Assembly: GCA_963727825.1 (NCBI GenBank)
Contig: CAVSHO010000001.1
Span: forward strand, 32,001-96,000
Source: Ignavibacteriota bacterium
GTDB lineage: Bacteria; Bacteroidota; Ignavibacteria; UBA10030
DNA: 64,000 bases
Direction: 5' to 3'
The position numbers and the translations under genes were made by a program. Below are positions 1-8,632 of this stretch, piece by piece (the stretch's first letter is position 1; each line of letters begins with the position of its first letter). Under the pieces are notes generated by a model. The model did not search any database and was not told where the DNA came from. It was given only the letters and a program-made list of their open reading frames with translations.

Positions 1-229
1 AACCCTTCATTGTTGAATGTTGAACTCCATCGATTTCAATAACAAGTTTTTTCTGTCGGCACACAAAGTCAACGATGTATTTTCCAATAGGAACTTGTCG
101 TCTAAAGTAATGACCTAACTGATTCCTTCGCAATCGTGACCAAAGTTTCTGCTCAGTATCTGTCATATTCCTGCGAAATGATCTCGCCTGGCCGATTGAA
201 GCATGCCGATATTTAAGCGCATCGTTCAT
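1..229 (-). CDS. DUF559 / Vsr-like endonuclease domain protein (runs off the window start)
   Basis: Manual translation from ATG at 229: MNDALKYRHASIGQARSFRRNMTDTEQKLWSRLRRNQLGHYFRRQVPIGKYIVDFVCRQKKLVIEIDGVQH. It has the DUF559 motifs R..MT..E..LW..LR, FRRQ.PIG.YIVDF and L.IE.DG.QH. Not in the ORF track because it is truncated. Confidence 0.9.
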   Translation of the reverse strand, partial: MNDALKYRHASIGQARSFRRNMTDTEQKLWSRLRRNQLGHYFRRQVPIGKYIVDFVCRQKKLVIEIDGVQHSTMKG

Positions 230-234
230 AAGAA

Positions 235-266
235 CCTCTCCCTAACCCTCTCCTAGTAGGAGAGGG
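235..266. repeat. Palindromic element CCTCTCCC-TAA-CCCTCTCCTA-G-TAGGAGAGGG next to the DUF559 start
   Basis: Perfect 10-bp inverted repeat (246-255 / 257-266) preceded by a partial direct copy (235-242). Confidence 0.75.
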
Positions 267-291
267 AAATGTTTTTAGCTTAATCTTCTAA

Positions 292-321
292 TGACAATAC
301 GACATTTTTGTCGTCTTGTCA
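292..321. promoter_or_regulatory. Operator-like palindrome 1: TGACAATACGACA-TTTT-TGTCGTCTTGTCA (core ACGACA-N4-TGTCGT, 299-314)
   Basis: 12/13 inverted repeat. The core fills the -35/-10 spacer of the leftward promoter. Confidence 0.7.
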
Positions 322-322
322 A
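294..322 (-). promoter_or_regulatory. sigma70-type promoter pointing left (towards DUF559)
   Basis: Minus strand reads TTGACA (322-317), 17-bp spacer, TATTGT (299-294). Confidence 0.75.
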
Positions 323-362
323 GTGGATTACACAAAGCGCGTAGCGGCAGATGAAAAAGAGC

Positions 363-392
363 TTGACAATACAGGGTAAAATGCGGTATCTT
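363..392 (+). promoter_or_regulatory. sigma70-type promoter for the repressor gene
   Basis: TTGACA (363-368), 18 bp, TATCTT (387-392); RBS GGAGG at 417-421. Confidence 0.55.
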
Positions 393-396
393 GGTA

Positions 397-412
397 ATGA
401 CATTTATGTCGT
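397..412. promoter_or_regulatory. Operator-like palindrome 2: ATGACA-TTTA-TGTCGT
   Basis: Second copy of the 299-314 core, lying just downstream of the -10 box over the likely transcription start of the repressor gene. Confidence 0.65.
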
Positions 413-426
413 ATACGGAGGATTAA

Positions 427-1077
427 ATGAAATCTACAATTGCACAACGCATTCGGGAAGCGCGCTCTTTCAAACAATTAGATCAGGGAACACTTGCTGC
501 AAAGATTGATATTGCTACACGCACTATTCAGCGGTGGGAAAAAGGCGAGCAAGTTCCCGACAGCAATTACCTTATGCGCATCGCTAAAACAACCGGCGTG
601 ATGGCTCGTTGGCTGCTCACCGGAGATGGAGAAATGATTCCAACCGAACAGCACAAATCGAAAGTGCTGCCGTTACCGACAAGCCGCTATAAAAAGGTAA
701 CACTCGTTTCATTACCATTGCTTGCCTCTGTGCCGGCTGGAGCAATGAGTCAGCGGTTTCATTCCGATCAAGCAGAGCGTCACATTACAGTGGATGATGT
801 TCGGGACCCAAATGCATTCGCGCTTGAAGTAAAAGGAAACAGCATGGCGCCTCGCATCGAAAACGGAGACATCATTGTTGTCAGCCCAACGCATGAAGTA
901 AAAAGCGGCGACATCTGCGTGGTGCGCGTGGACGATGAAGACACCGTCAAGCTCATTAAAATTGACGAGCAATTTGTGCATCTTATTCCGCTCAATCCCG
1001 AGTACGAACCGATGGTTGTTCGCAAACGCGATGTCAGTTTTATGTGGCGTGTAATCAAGGTGATTAAGAGTGTTTAG
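427..1077 (+). CDS. XRE-family HTH + S24 peptidase self-cleaving repressor (CI/LexA-like)
   Basis: N-terminal HTH_3 (RIREAR...Q..LA...I....I.RWEKG..P), Ala-Gly cleavage site (VPAG), catalytic Ser (GNSM) and Lys (TVKL). Confidence 0.9.
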   Translation: MKSTIAQRIREARSFKQLDQGTLAAKIDIATRTIQRWEKGEQVPDSNYLMRIAKTTGVMARWLLTGDGEMIPTEQHKSKVLPLPTSRYKKVTLVSLPLLASVPAGAMSQRFHSDQAERHITVDDVRDPNAFALEVKGNSMAPRIENGDIIVVSPTHEVKSGDICVVRVDDEDTVKLIKIDEQFVHLIPLNPEYEPMVVRKRDVSFMWRVIKVIKSV

Positions 1078-1105
1078 TAAGAATAAAGAATTATAAATTA
1101 TAATT
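1078..1105 (+). repeat. Degenerate 7-mer tandem tract
   Basis: TAAGAAT AAAGAAT TATAAAT TATAATT immediately after the stop codon. Confidence 0.4.
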
Positions 1106-1175
1106 ATCCAGTGCCTTTAATTTTTAGTTTCATTCGATTAAGAAATACATAAACAAAAAGTAAGGAGAATATCAA

Positions 1176-1535
1176 ATGGATAACATGACAGCATATTGCG
1201 GAATCGATTGTTCTAAATGCGAGGGGTATATTGCCACACAGTCAAACAACCGCGAAGCCATAGAGAGCATTGCCGAGAAATGGCGAAAGCAGTACAATTC
1301 TCAAGAGATAACAGCAGGATCTGTTATGTGTGATGGTTGCACAAAAAATGGCAGGAAGAGTGGTTACTGCAACTTTATGTGCAAAATTCGTCAGTGTGCA
1401 ATAGCTAAAGCAATTCAAAATTGCGCTTACTGCTCTGAATATGATTCATGCAATGAGCTCAAAACTTTTTTTGCTTATCCGGGTACAGCAGAAGCAAAAG
1501 CAAAACTGGACAGCATTCGCCTGAGAAATAATTGA
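1176..1535 (+). CDS. DUF3795-like Cys-rich protein
   Basis: AYCG.DC..C..Y ... C.GC ... C...C.IR.CA......NCA.C.EY..C pattern; RBS AAGGAG. Confidence 0.8.
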   Translation: MDNMTAYCGIDCSKCEGYIATQSNNREAIESIAEKWRKQYNSQEITAGSVMCDGCTKNGRKSGYCNFMCKIRQCAIAKAIQNCAYCSEYDSCNELKTFFAYPGTAEAKAKLDSIRLRNN

Positions 1536-1575
1536 AAGTATATCGCATATTAACTTTTTACGAGGAGTATTTATC

Positions 1576-1957
1576 ATGAAAAAATATCTCAAAATTGCTT
1601 TCTATGGTTTTTTAGCATGGCTCATACCCTTTATTGCATCTTTCTTTTTTTTACACAAGAGAAGGAAAGTTGTCCATTGATATTTTTTTATTTAAAACAA
1701 TTATGATTATCGTTGGCTCCATTACTGGCGCTATCCTCTTGGTTTCATATTTTAAAAAAATTACGGTGGACTATATAAAAGAGGGAATCATTGTTGGATC
1801 TATATGGTTCATCATAAATATTCTGTTGGATTGGCTGATTTTGATTCCAATGTCGGGAATGTCAATTTCGAATTACTTTACGCAGATAGGATTGAGATAT
1901 CTTATGATCCCGGCAATGAGCATTGCTGTTGGAGCGGCATTGGCAAATAAAAAATAA
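1576..1957 (+). pseudogene. Small membrane protein with a +1 frameshift in a T8 tract (1645-1652)
   Basis: RBS GAGGAG and ATG at 1576 give MKKYLKIAFYGFLAWLIPFIASFFF. Removing one T joins this in frame to YTREGKLSIDIFLFKTIMI (ORF 1634-1957). Confidence 0.75.
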
Positions 1958-1966
1958 TAGTTGGTT

Positions 1967-2383
1967 ATGGAATCCTTGAATAAATATTCTCTTATCGCTC
2001 CCTGCGGAATGAACTGCGGCATTTGTATGGCTTATTTGAGAGAAAAGAATAAATGTCCTGGTTGTAGAGGAGCTAACGCCGATAAACCAATTACCCGTGT
2101 GAGATGTAAAATTAAGAATTGTAATATTTTTCGAAGCGACAGGGCGAAGTTTTGTTTTCAATGTGAAAATTTCCCTTGCAACAATTTAAAACATCTGGAT
2201 AAAAGATACCGGACCAAATACAATATGAGCATGATCGAAAATCTTTATAATATTAAGAATTTCGGCATTAGAAAATTTTTAGAGAATGAAAAAGTAAGAT
2301 GGACTTGTTCCCGATGTGGAGGTACGATTTGTGTCCATAAAGGGTATTGTAATGGTTGTGGAAAAAAGAAAGAAAGAGGATGA
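1967..2383 (+). CDS. DUF3795-like Cys-rich protein
   Basis: IAPCG.NC..C..YLR....C.GC ... C.IK.C ... C..C..FPC, plus a C-terminal C..CGG..CVH...C..C. ATG at 1967 preferred over TTG at 1961. Confidence 0.8.
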   Translation: MESLNKYSLIAPCGMNCGICMAYLREKNKCPGCRGANADKPITRVRCKIKNCNIFRSDRAKFCFQCENFPCNNLKHLDKRYRTKYNMSMIENLYNIKNFGIRKFLENEKVRWTCSRCGGTICVHKGYCNGCGKKKERG

Positions 2384-2497
2384 TGGACGTTCTATAGGCC
2401 ATATGAGTCGCATAGTAAACGTGAGGAAGAGTATGTGATATGTGAAGAAAAATGGATAATATTCATTCAATCTCGCAATAATAACAAAGGCTAAAAA

Positions 2498-3481
2498 ATG
2501 GAATACCGCAAACTTGGGAAAACAGGCTGGAACGTATCGGCAATCAGCTTCGGCACATGGGCTATCGGAAGTGCGTGGGGTTCGGTAAATGACAAGGACT
2601 CTCTCGCTGCTCTTCACCATGCTTTGGATTTAGGTGTAAACTTTTTTGATACAGCCGACGTGTACGGCGACGGGCGAAGCGAACGTCTTCTTGCTCAATT
2701 AAAACTTGAGCGTAAAGAAACATTTTATATAGCCACAAAAGCGGGCAGGCGTTTGGATCCCCATACCGCTGCAGGATATAATAAGAAAAATATCACGGCG
2801 TTTATTGAACGAAGCCTGAGGAACCTGAATACCGATACAATCGATTTGCTTCAACTGCATTGCCCTCCCACTGAAGTGTACTATATGCCGGAAGTTTTCG
2901 GAATCCTGGATGATCTCGTTCAAGCCGGAAAATTACGCCATTATGGAGTGAGCGTTGAAAAGGTCGAAGAAGCGCTCAAAGCTATAGAGTATCCGGGTGT
3001 CCAAACCGTTCAAATTATCTATAATATTTTTCGTCAGAGGCCTTCGGATTTATTTTTCGTTGAAGCAAACAAACGCAGCATTGGAATCCTTGCCAGACTG
3101 CCGCTTTCATCCGGTATGCTCACGGGAAAGTTTTCGAGACAGTCATTGTTCGAAAAGGACGATCACCGTTCTTTTAACCGTCACGGCGAAGCTTTCGACC
3201 GTGGCGAAACATTTTCCGGTATCGATTATGAGCTGAGTCTTGACATTGTTGACCGGCTTCGCCCGCTTGTCCCTGCCGGAATGACAATGACGCAGTTCGC
3301 GCTCAAATGGATTTTAATGAATCCGGCCGTCACATGCGCTATTCCGGGAGCAAAGAACCCGCAGCAAGTTGAAGAGAACATCAAAGCCGTCGGCAAACCG
3401 CCTCTTTCTGATTCCGTCATGAAAAAGATCAAGGAGATTTACGATTCGAGTGTACGTCCACTTGTTCATCAATACTGGTGA
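2498..3481 (+). CDS. Aldo/keto reductase
   Basis: MEYRKLGKTG..VS.I.FGTW, DTADVYG.G.SE, IDLLQLH, IPGA motifs. Confidence 0.93.
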   Translation: MEYRKLGKTGWNVSAISFGTWAIGSAWGSVNDKDSLAALHHALDLGVNFFDTADVYGDGRSERLLAQLKLERKETFYIATKAGRRLDPHTAAGYNKKNITAFIERSLRNLNTDTIDLLQLHCPPTEVYYMPEVFGILDDLVQAGKLRHYGVSVEKVEEALKAIEYPGVQTVQIIYNIFRQRPSDLFFVEANKRSIGILARLPLSSGMLTGKFSRQSLFEKDDHRSFNRHGEAFDRGETFSGIDYELSLDIVDRLRPLVPAGMTMTQFALKWILMNPAVTCAIPGAKNPQQVEENIKAVGKPPLSDSVMKKIKEIYDSSVRPLVHQYW

Positions 3482-3622
3482 TTATGCTGCGATGGAATGG
3501 AATACGGGTACTGTTTTTCGCGGACGATTTTCTTCTTCAAAGGTATGTTATCAAAGTGATGAAGAGCTTATGAAGAATGTAGTGAAAACATTAATATTTG
3601 TATTGATATCATCTAAACTCAT

Positions 3623-4207
3623 ATGAAAATCGGCAAAACTTTATACGCTGCAAACAGAAAACAATGGCGGTCGTGGCTGGCAAAGAACCACGGGTCGGAA
3701 CCTGAAATCTGGCTCATCTACTATAAAAAGAACAGCGGCAAGCCACGCATTCCGTACAACGACGCTGTAGAAGAAGCGCTTTGTTACGGCTGGATAGACA
3801 GCACATTGAAACCCAAAGATAAAATATCCTACTTGCAGCGATTTAGTCCGAGAAGAAAAGGGAGTAAACTTTCGGAGATGAACAAGGAACGGGTGCGTCG
3901 GTTGATCAAGGCAAAAAAGATGACTCGCTTCGGACTCGAAATTATCAAGCATCACATGGAAAATGAATCGAAAAACTCGAAACAATCAACTTCATTGAAG
4001 AAATTTATTATGCCTGAGGATATTCTTAATGAATTGAAAGCACATCCGCTTGCGTGGAAGAATTTCAAAAAATTTCCAGAATCATATAAACGTATTCGCA
4101 TTGGGTGGATTGATGCATCACGAAATCGTCACGATTTTTTTACAAAACGCCTTCAGTATTTTTTAAGGATAACAGCAAAAAACAAAATGTTCGGGATGGT
4201 TCGGTAA
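3623..4207 (+). CDS. YdeI/OmpD-associated (bacteriocin-protection) family protein
   Basis: WR.WL..NH....E.WL..YKK, Y..AVEEALCYGWIDS, F.PR...S..S..NK.RV motifs. Confidence 0.88.
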   Translation: MKIGKTLYAANRKQWRSWLAKNHGSEPEIWLIYYKKNSGKPRIPYNDAVEEALCYGWIDSTLKPKDKISYLQRFSPRRKGSKLSEMNKERVRRLIKAKKMTRFGLEIIKHHMENESKNSKQSTSLKKFIMPEDILNELKAHPLAWKNFKKFPESYKRIRIGWIDASRNRHDFFTKRLQYFLRITAKNKMFGMVR

Positions 4208-4262
4208 GTCAGGTTTTAATAAATTCAAGCATGATTCTTGCTAACCATTTTTCTATTCTTTT

Positions 4263-4291
4263 TTGACATTCCACTAGAATCAGAGTACATT
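4263..4291 (+). promoter_or_regulatory. sigma70-type promoter
   Basis: TTGACA, 17 bp, TACATT, ending 13 bp before the ATG at 4305. Confidence 0.65.
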
Positions 4292-4304
4292 AGCACAATT
4301 ATTT

Positions 4305-5573
4305 ATGCAAAAGTTTTTACTCATTACATATTTCTGGCCCCCGTCAGGTAAGGCCACGCTTCACTGGCCGCTTAAGATAATAAAACACCTCCCGGGATAT
4401 GGCTGGCAGCCGATTGTTCTAACAGCCGATGAAGATACATTTTCTCAAAAAGACGAATCACTGCTAAAAGAAGTTGATCCTAATCTAAAAGTCTTCAAAG
4501 CAAAGGCGATAGAACCATTCGGCATTTACCGCCGCCTGTTGGGAAAAGAAAAAGATACGCCTTTAACTGCATCGGAGACAATATCAACAACGAACCGTGG
4601 ATTGCGACATCGGCTTGCTGTCTGGATACGAATGAATTTATTCATTCCGGATGCGCGCATTGGATGGTACTGGAACGCCATCCGAAAAGGGAAACAAATT
4701 ATTAAATCAGAGAATATCAAAGCGATCGTTTCCATTGGACCACCGCATTCGACATTGTTGGTGGGTAAGAAATTGAGTGAGATAGCAGGCATTCCACATA
4801 TTCCCGTATTTATCGATCCATGGGTTGATATCTCTTATTACAAAGATTTTAAAAGAAACATGTTTACTCTTGCAATAGATCGGCACCTTGAACGTTCTGT
4901 CCTGGAAAAAGCTTCACGCATTGTTTTTGTCACAAAAAGTATGAAAGAAGATTACGAACGTCGATATCCGAATATCCAAAGCAAGTCGCATGTTCTTTAT
5001 TGGGGATATGATGAAGAAGCATTTAGCACTTACATTTCAAAAAAGCTTAAGGGACCTGAAATACTTTTGCATGCAGGAAATATCTATGACCATCAGAACC
5101 CGAAAACGCTATGGATAACCCTTCGAAAGGAAATCGATAAAGGAAGAAATCTTAAAATCGTTTTTGTTGGAACAGTTGGGCCGGGTATTCGGCAGTCAAT
5201 ACAAGACGTTGGACTTAGTGACAGAACAGAATACAAAGGATTTCTGCCCTATAAACAAATGATTGAAGAAATAGGTACTGCATCGTACCTGCTGGTCTGT
5301 GCTTCAGAGAAACGCCATGTGCCCGGAAAGCTTTTTGAATATCTTCGTTCAGGCAAGCCCATTCTTGCTTTTGGTGATAGCAATGAAGAGGTTCAAAGGA
5401 TATTGGAAGAAACACGGGCAGGGATGATTTTTCCTTTGACGTCAGATGGCGGAGAATTTTTTAAGCAGCTGCCGCGCTTCCAGACCAATCTAAGTAGCTT
5501 GCGGCGATTCGACAGAAAAGAAATTTCGGGTGGTCTGGCTAAAGTTCTGAATGAAATAATTTCTGCGCACTAA
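4305..5573 (+). CDS. Glycosyltransferase, GT4/GT-B family
   Basis: LLITYFWPP, FIPDARIGW, S.GPPHS, DPW and PGKLFEYL.SGKPILA motifs. Confidence 0.88.
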   Translation: MQKFLLITYFWPPSGKATLHWPLKIIKHLPGYGWQPIVLTADEDTFSQKDESLLKEVDPNLKVFKAKAIEPFGIYRRLLGKEKDTPLTASETISTTNRGLRHRLAVWIRMNLFIPDARIGWYWNAIRKGKQIIKSENIKAIVSIGPPHSTLLVGKKLSEIAGIPHIPVFIDPWVDISYYKDFKRNMFTLAIDRHLERSVLEKASRIVFVTKSMKEDYERRYPNIQSKSHVLYWGYDEEAFSTYISKKLKGPEILLHAGNIYDHQNPKTLWITLRKEIDKGRNLKIVFVGTVGPGIRQSIQDVGLSDRTEYKGFLPYKQMIEEIGTASYLLVCASEKRHVPGKLFEYLRSGKPILAFGDSNEEVQRILEETRAGMIFPLTSDGGEFFKQLPRFQTNLSSLRRFDRKEISGGLAKVLNEIISAH

Positions 5574-5595
5574 CCTTTTCGTTTAAACGCATCTA

Positions 5596-6513
5596 TTATT
5601 TTCTTAGATACGGATTTTTTGGTAGTTGGATAGTAATAAAGTCGCGTTCTTTCATACCCCTTGTTACCCTTTCATCAGGTTGTTCCTTGAATATGATGCA
5701 GCACAATGAGCCATGGGGAATGATTCCTAATAAACTTATAAAGCTCCTTAACGCCAATTTCATTTTTATTTTCTTGTACAATCTTTGGTTAATCGGAACG
5801 TCATATAGTCCCTCAATTTTCTCATGACTTTTAAAATTATCATACCGTTTAAATGCAATGCAGGGCAGCCCCATTCCCATAGCAATCTTTTCGATCTCAC
5901 GCTCTGAAATTTTAAAGACATAGTTACCAACAGATTCCCATGAAAACCGATTCTTCCAGATTTTGTTAATGAATAAAGGATTGATCTTGTCGCATATATT
6001 TTTAATCCAAATGAGAAGTGACATTTTAGAAAGGATATCGATTGGTTCCGTGACAAGTACCGTAGCAATTTTGCTGGCACGTATCATTTCATATACGCCT
6101 AAGTACGCACGCGGGAAATGATGAAATGCTTCTTTGCAAATGACAAAATCAAATGAATTGTCGCTGTAAGTCAATCTTTCAACATTTTGTTTACTGAATT
6201 CCTTAATGAGTCCATCAGATTTTGCCTCTTTGAGTATAGCGTCAGACAGATCGGAAGCTATAACATTTTGATTTCTCTGCAACAGGTAATTTGCCTCCAA
6301 ACCATTATAGTCTCCAACAGTTAACCATGTTTTGGTCGTATCAAAAAAAGGTGTGAGGAATTCCAGCGGCTCTGAAATCAACTTGTAGGCAGCACAATTC
6401 TGATTCTTTATATGGAATAGCACTTGCTCTTTTTCGTTTGCCATTTTTATAATATTCATTTCTTGAGCCTGATAATTTGAATTGATCTGACTTGTGCTTT
6501 TTCCCTTTTCCAT
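5596..6513 (-). CDS. Class I SAM-dependent methyltransferase
   Basis: WLTVGD..G.EA, SDLS, L.Y.DNSFDFV.CKEAFHHFPR. Start moved to ATG 6513, which has an AAGGGA RBS. Confidence 0.8.
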   Translation of the reverse strand: MEKGKSTSQINSNYQAQEMNIIKMANEKEQVLFHIKNQNCAAYKLISEPLEFLTPFFDTTKTWLTVGDYNGLEANYLLQRNQNVIASDLSDAILKEAKSDGLIKEFSKQNVERLTYSDNSFDFVICKEAFHHFPRAYLGVYEMIRASKIATVLVTEPIDILSKMSLLIWIKNICDKINPLFINKIWKNRFSWESVGNYVFKISEREIEKIAMGMGLPCIAFKRYDNFKSHEKIEGLYDVPINQRLYKKIKMKLALRSFISLLGIIPHGSLCCIIFKEQPDERVTRGMKERDFITIQLPKNPYLRK

Positions 6514-6595
6514 AGGATCCCTTAGTTGTTGAAACAATATATAATAAAGACAAAGACCACACCACAAGTTAATCGATCAATTACTTAATATCGTC

Positions 6596-7787
6596 TCAAC
6601 TAAGTGATTTCTCAATAATATCTATCACTGCTTGAACAGAGATGGTCTTAATGTCAAGTCGAGAACCATATTGATATAGTTCTACCAATTCTTCAAAGTT
6701 GAGATGTGAGGCTGTAATCGCGGGAGGATATGCATAATAGATCTTATCATATATGTTTTTGGGGTATTCTGTAAATCTTCCGTAATGTTCTCCATTAGAA
6801 ATAACGATGACTGGCTTTTTTGCTGCAACCCCAATATGGCTGACGCTCGTATCATTTGATACAACCAGCCTACATAGTTGAATAGTCTCTACTGTTTCAG
6901 CTAAGGTAAGTTTATTGATGTGATTTGTGATATATGGACGTTGCGATAAAATATATGTATCCTCTTTTGAAGGAATATCCCAACGATCTCCGACAATTAC
7001 ACTTGACATTCCATGTGCAGTATAGAGAAAATCCATTACCTGAATAAAACATTTCAATGGCCATCGTTTCTTTGCAAGAAGAGAACCGGGGCAAATGACA
7101 GCATAACGAGCAGCCTCGGTTTTATTGATCAGCGATGGAAGTGTTGGTGTATATTGATATGAATCAGTCGTCGTTATTTTTTCAATGAACTCTTTGTTCT
7201 TATTAAATTCAAATATTGTGGATGAGGGGATATCAATTAATTCAGTATAGCAATGATTGAAGATGTGCTTTTCCCACTGCTTCTACATGTACGCAATCTC
7301 CTACACAACCAATTTTTTCCTTTGCACCAGAAATTCGAACGATTGAATCGTCACATATAGGATTACGGGAGTATGTTGGATTTAAAACAACTTCGATTCC
7401 CTTTGTCCTTATTTCCCGAAATATCTTCCACCGATAGAAGGCATGGCGTTTCATTTTGTTAGTGTTAATCCAAATGAATTCTGATACTATTTTAGAGTCA
7501 TATGCCAAAGCGAGCTCTTTATAAGCCTGATTACCGCAAAGAGTATATTTGTAGTCCTTAAATCGTGGACTATTCTTTAGCGCCTCTAAAAAATTCCGAA
7601 ACAATATATAATCGCCAATACCATCTATGCGAATAATTAACAGTGTCTTTGGGTTAGGTATCGGCTTCTTCGTCAGGAGTAAAGAATCTAGGATAAAAAA
7701 ACGCACTAATCGTTGCAGGTCAATAATTCGTCGAACAATATTTCTTATGCAGTTAAAAAAAAGGGTCTGCACTTTTTTTTTATCCAT
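6596..7787 (-). pseudogene. GT9 (heptosyltransferase-like) glycosyltransferase split by a single-base frameshift near 7283
   Basis: ORF 7242-7787 has IIRIDGIGDY. The adjacent frame continues KQWEKHIFNHCYTELI...FEFNKNKEF...VICPGS...KRWP into ORF 6596-7057 (SNDT...H.G.A). Confidence 0.82.
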
Positions 7788-8568
7788 TTATTCGTCTCTG
7801 CTTTGCAATATGAATATCGGATTCTGTTTTACTTCCTAAGTGTAAAGACGTAATCGCCGGAATACCAAACAGAGAGAGTTTCAAGAGAAAGTTATAAACT
7901 GTATTATTGAGTCGTTTGTCGGTCAATATATGGAAGCTTTTCTTGTTCGAATAAAAATTTAACTTGTATTTCTTTGCTATTGCACGAAGAGAATCTAATG
8001 AATAAAAGGCAATATGTTGTCCATGTGTAAATCCATAATAATCCCATGTGTCTGGATTTGGCGTACCAGAAGGAAATGGTACGGTTGAGAATATAAGAGA
8101 ACGGGAAACAGAAAGCATCCGTTCAATCTCTTGCAATGGATCGGCTAAATGCTCGAAACATTCAAAAGCCGTTACCAGCTCGATAGTATGATTTTTCGAT
8201 TTATCGTATTCGAATCCTCGAGCGAAAATATTTTCTGCGTAAGGATCGTTCCAAAAAAAATCAAAACCATAATCGCGCATAAGCCGTACAAACAATCCAG
8301 ATCCGCCTCCCCAATCGACAAATTGTCCGTTTTTCTCAAAAAGAAAATAAATCAATGCACTTGTTCGTTTCGCCGACAAAATATTTCTTCGGACAATCCC
8401 GGTATCTTCGGCATTAATAGCTTTTTGATATGCTTCTGAGAGCCAATAAGGTTCTTCGGTCTGAATGAATCCACAGGTGTGACATTGGTAGTATTCAACT
8501 TCGTACTTCAGAAGAATCTGTCGCTTAAATATTTTTGAGGAAATATTTCCGCAAATTTTACAATTCAA
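7780..8568 (-). CDS. Class I SAM methyltransferase with N-terminal CxxC...CxxC zinc ribbon
   Basis: MNCKIC...C.TCGFIQTE.PYWL.EAY, DWGGG.G, FECFEH motifs; TTG start. Confidence 0.85.
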   Translation of the reverse strand: MNCKICGNISSKIFKRQILLKYEVEYYQCHTCGFIQTEEPYWLSEAYQKAINAEDTGIVRRNILSAKRTSALIYFLFEKNGQFVDWGGGSGLFVRLMRDYGFDFFWNDPYAENIFARGFEYDKSKNHTIELVTAFECFEHLADPLQEIERMLSVSRSLIFSTVPFPSGTPNPDTWDYYGFTHGQHIAFYSLDSLRAIAKKYKLNFYSNKKSFHILTDKRLNNTVYNFLLKLSLFGIPAITSLHLGSKTESDIHIAKQRRING

Positions 8569-8632
8569 TTTGCAATCCTTATTGAAAGCACTATAATAAT
8601 ATCTATCAAAACATATGATTGAGCATTAGTTT

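Noticed and set aside
427-1077. Prophage immunity region
   Set aside because: The divergent gene is DUF559 rather than cro, and there are no phage genes in the window. This cannot be fully excluded left of position 1.
3482-3622. Short open frame between the aldo/keto reductase and YdeI genes as a gene remnant
   Set aside because: No recognisable motif or RBS, and too short to support.
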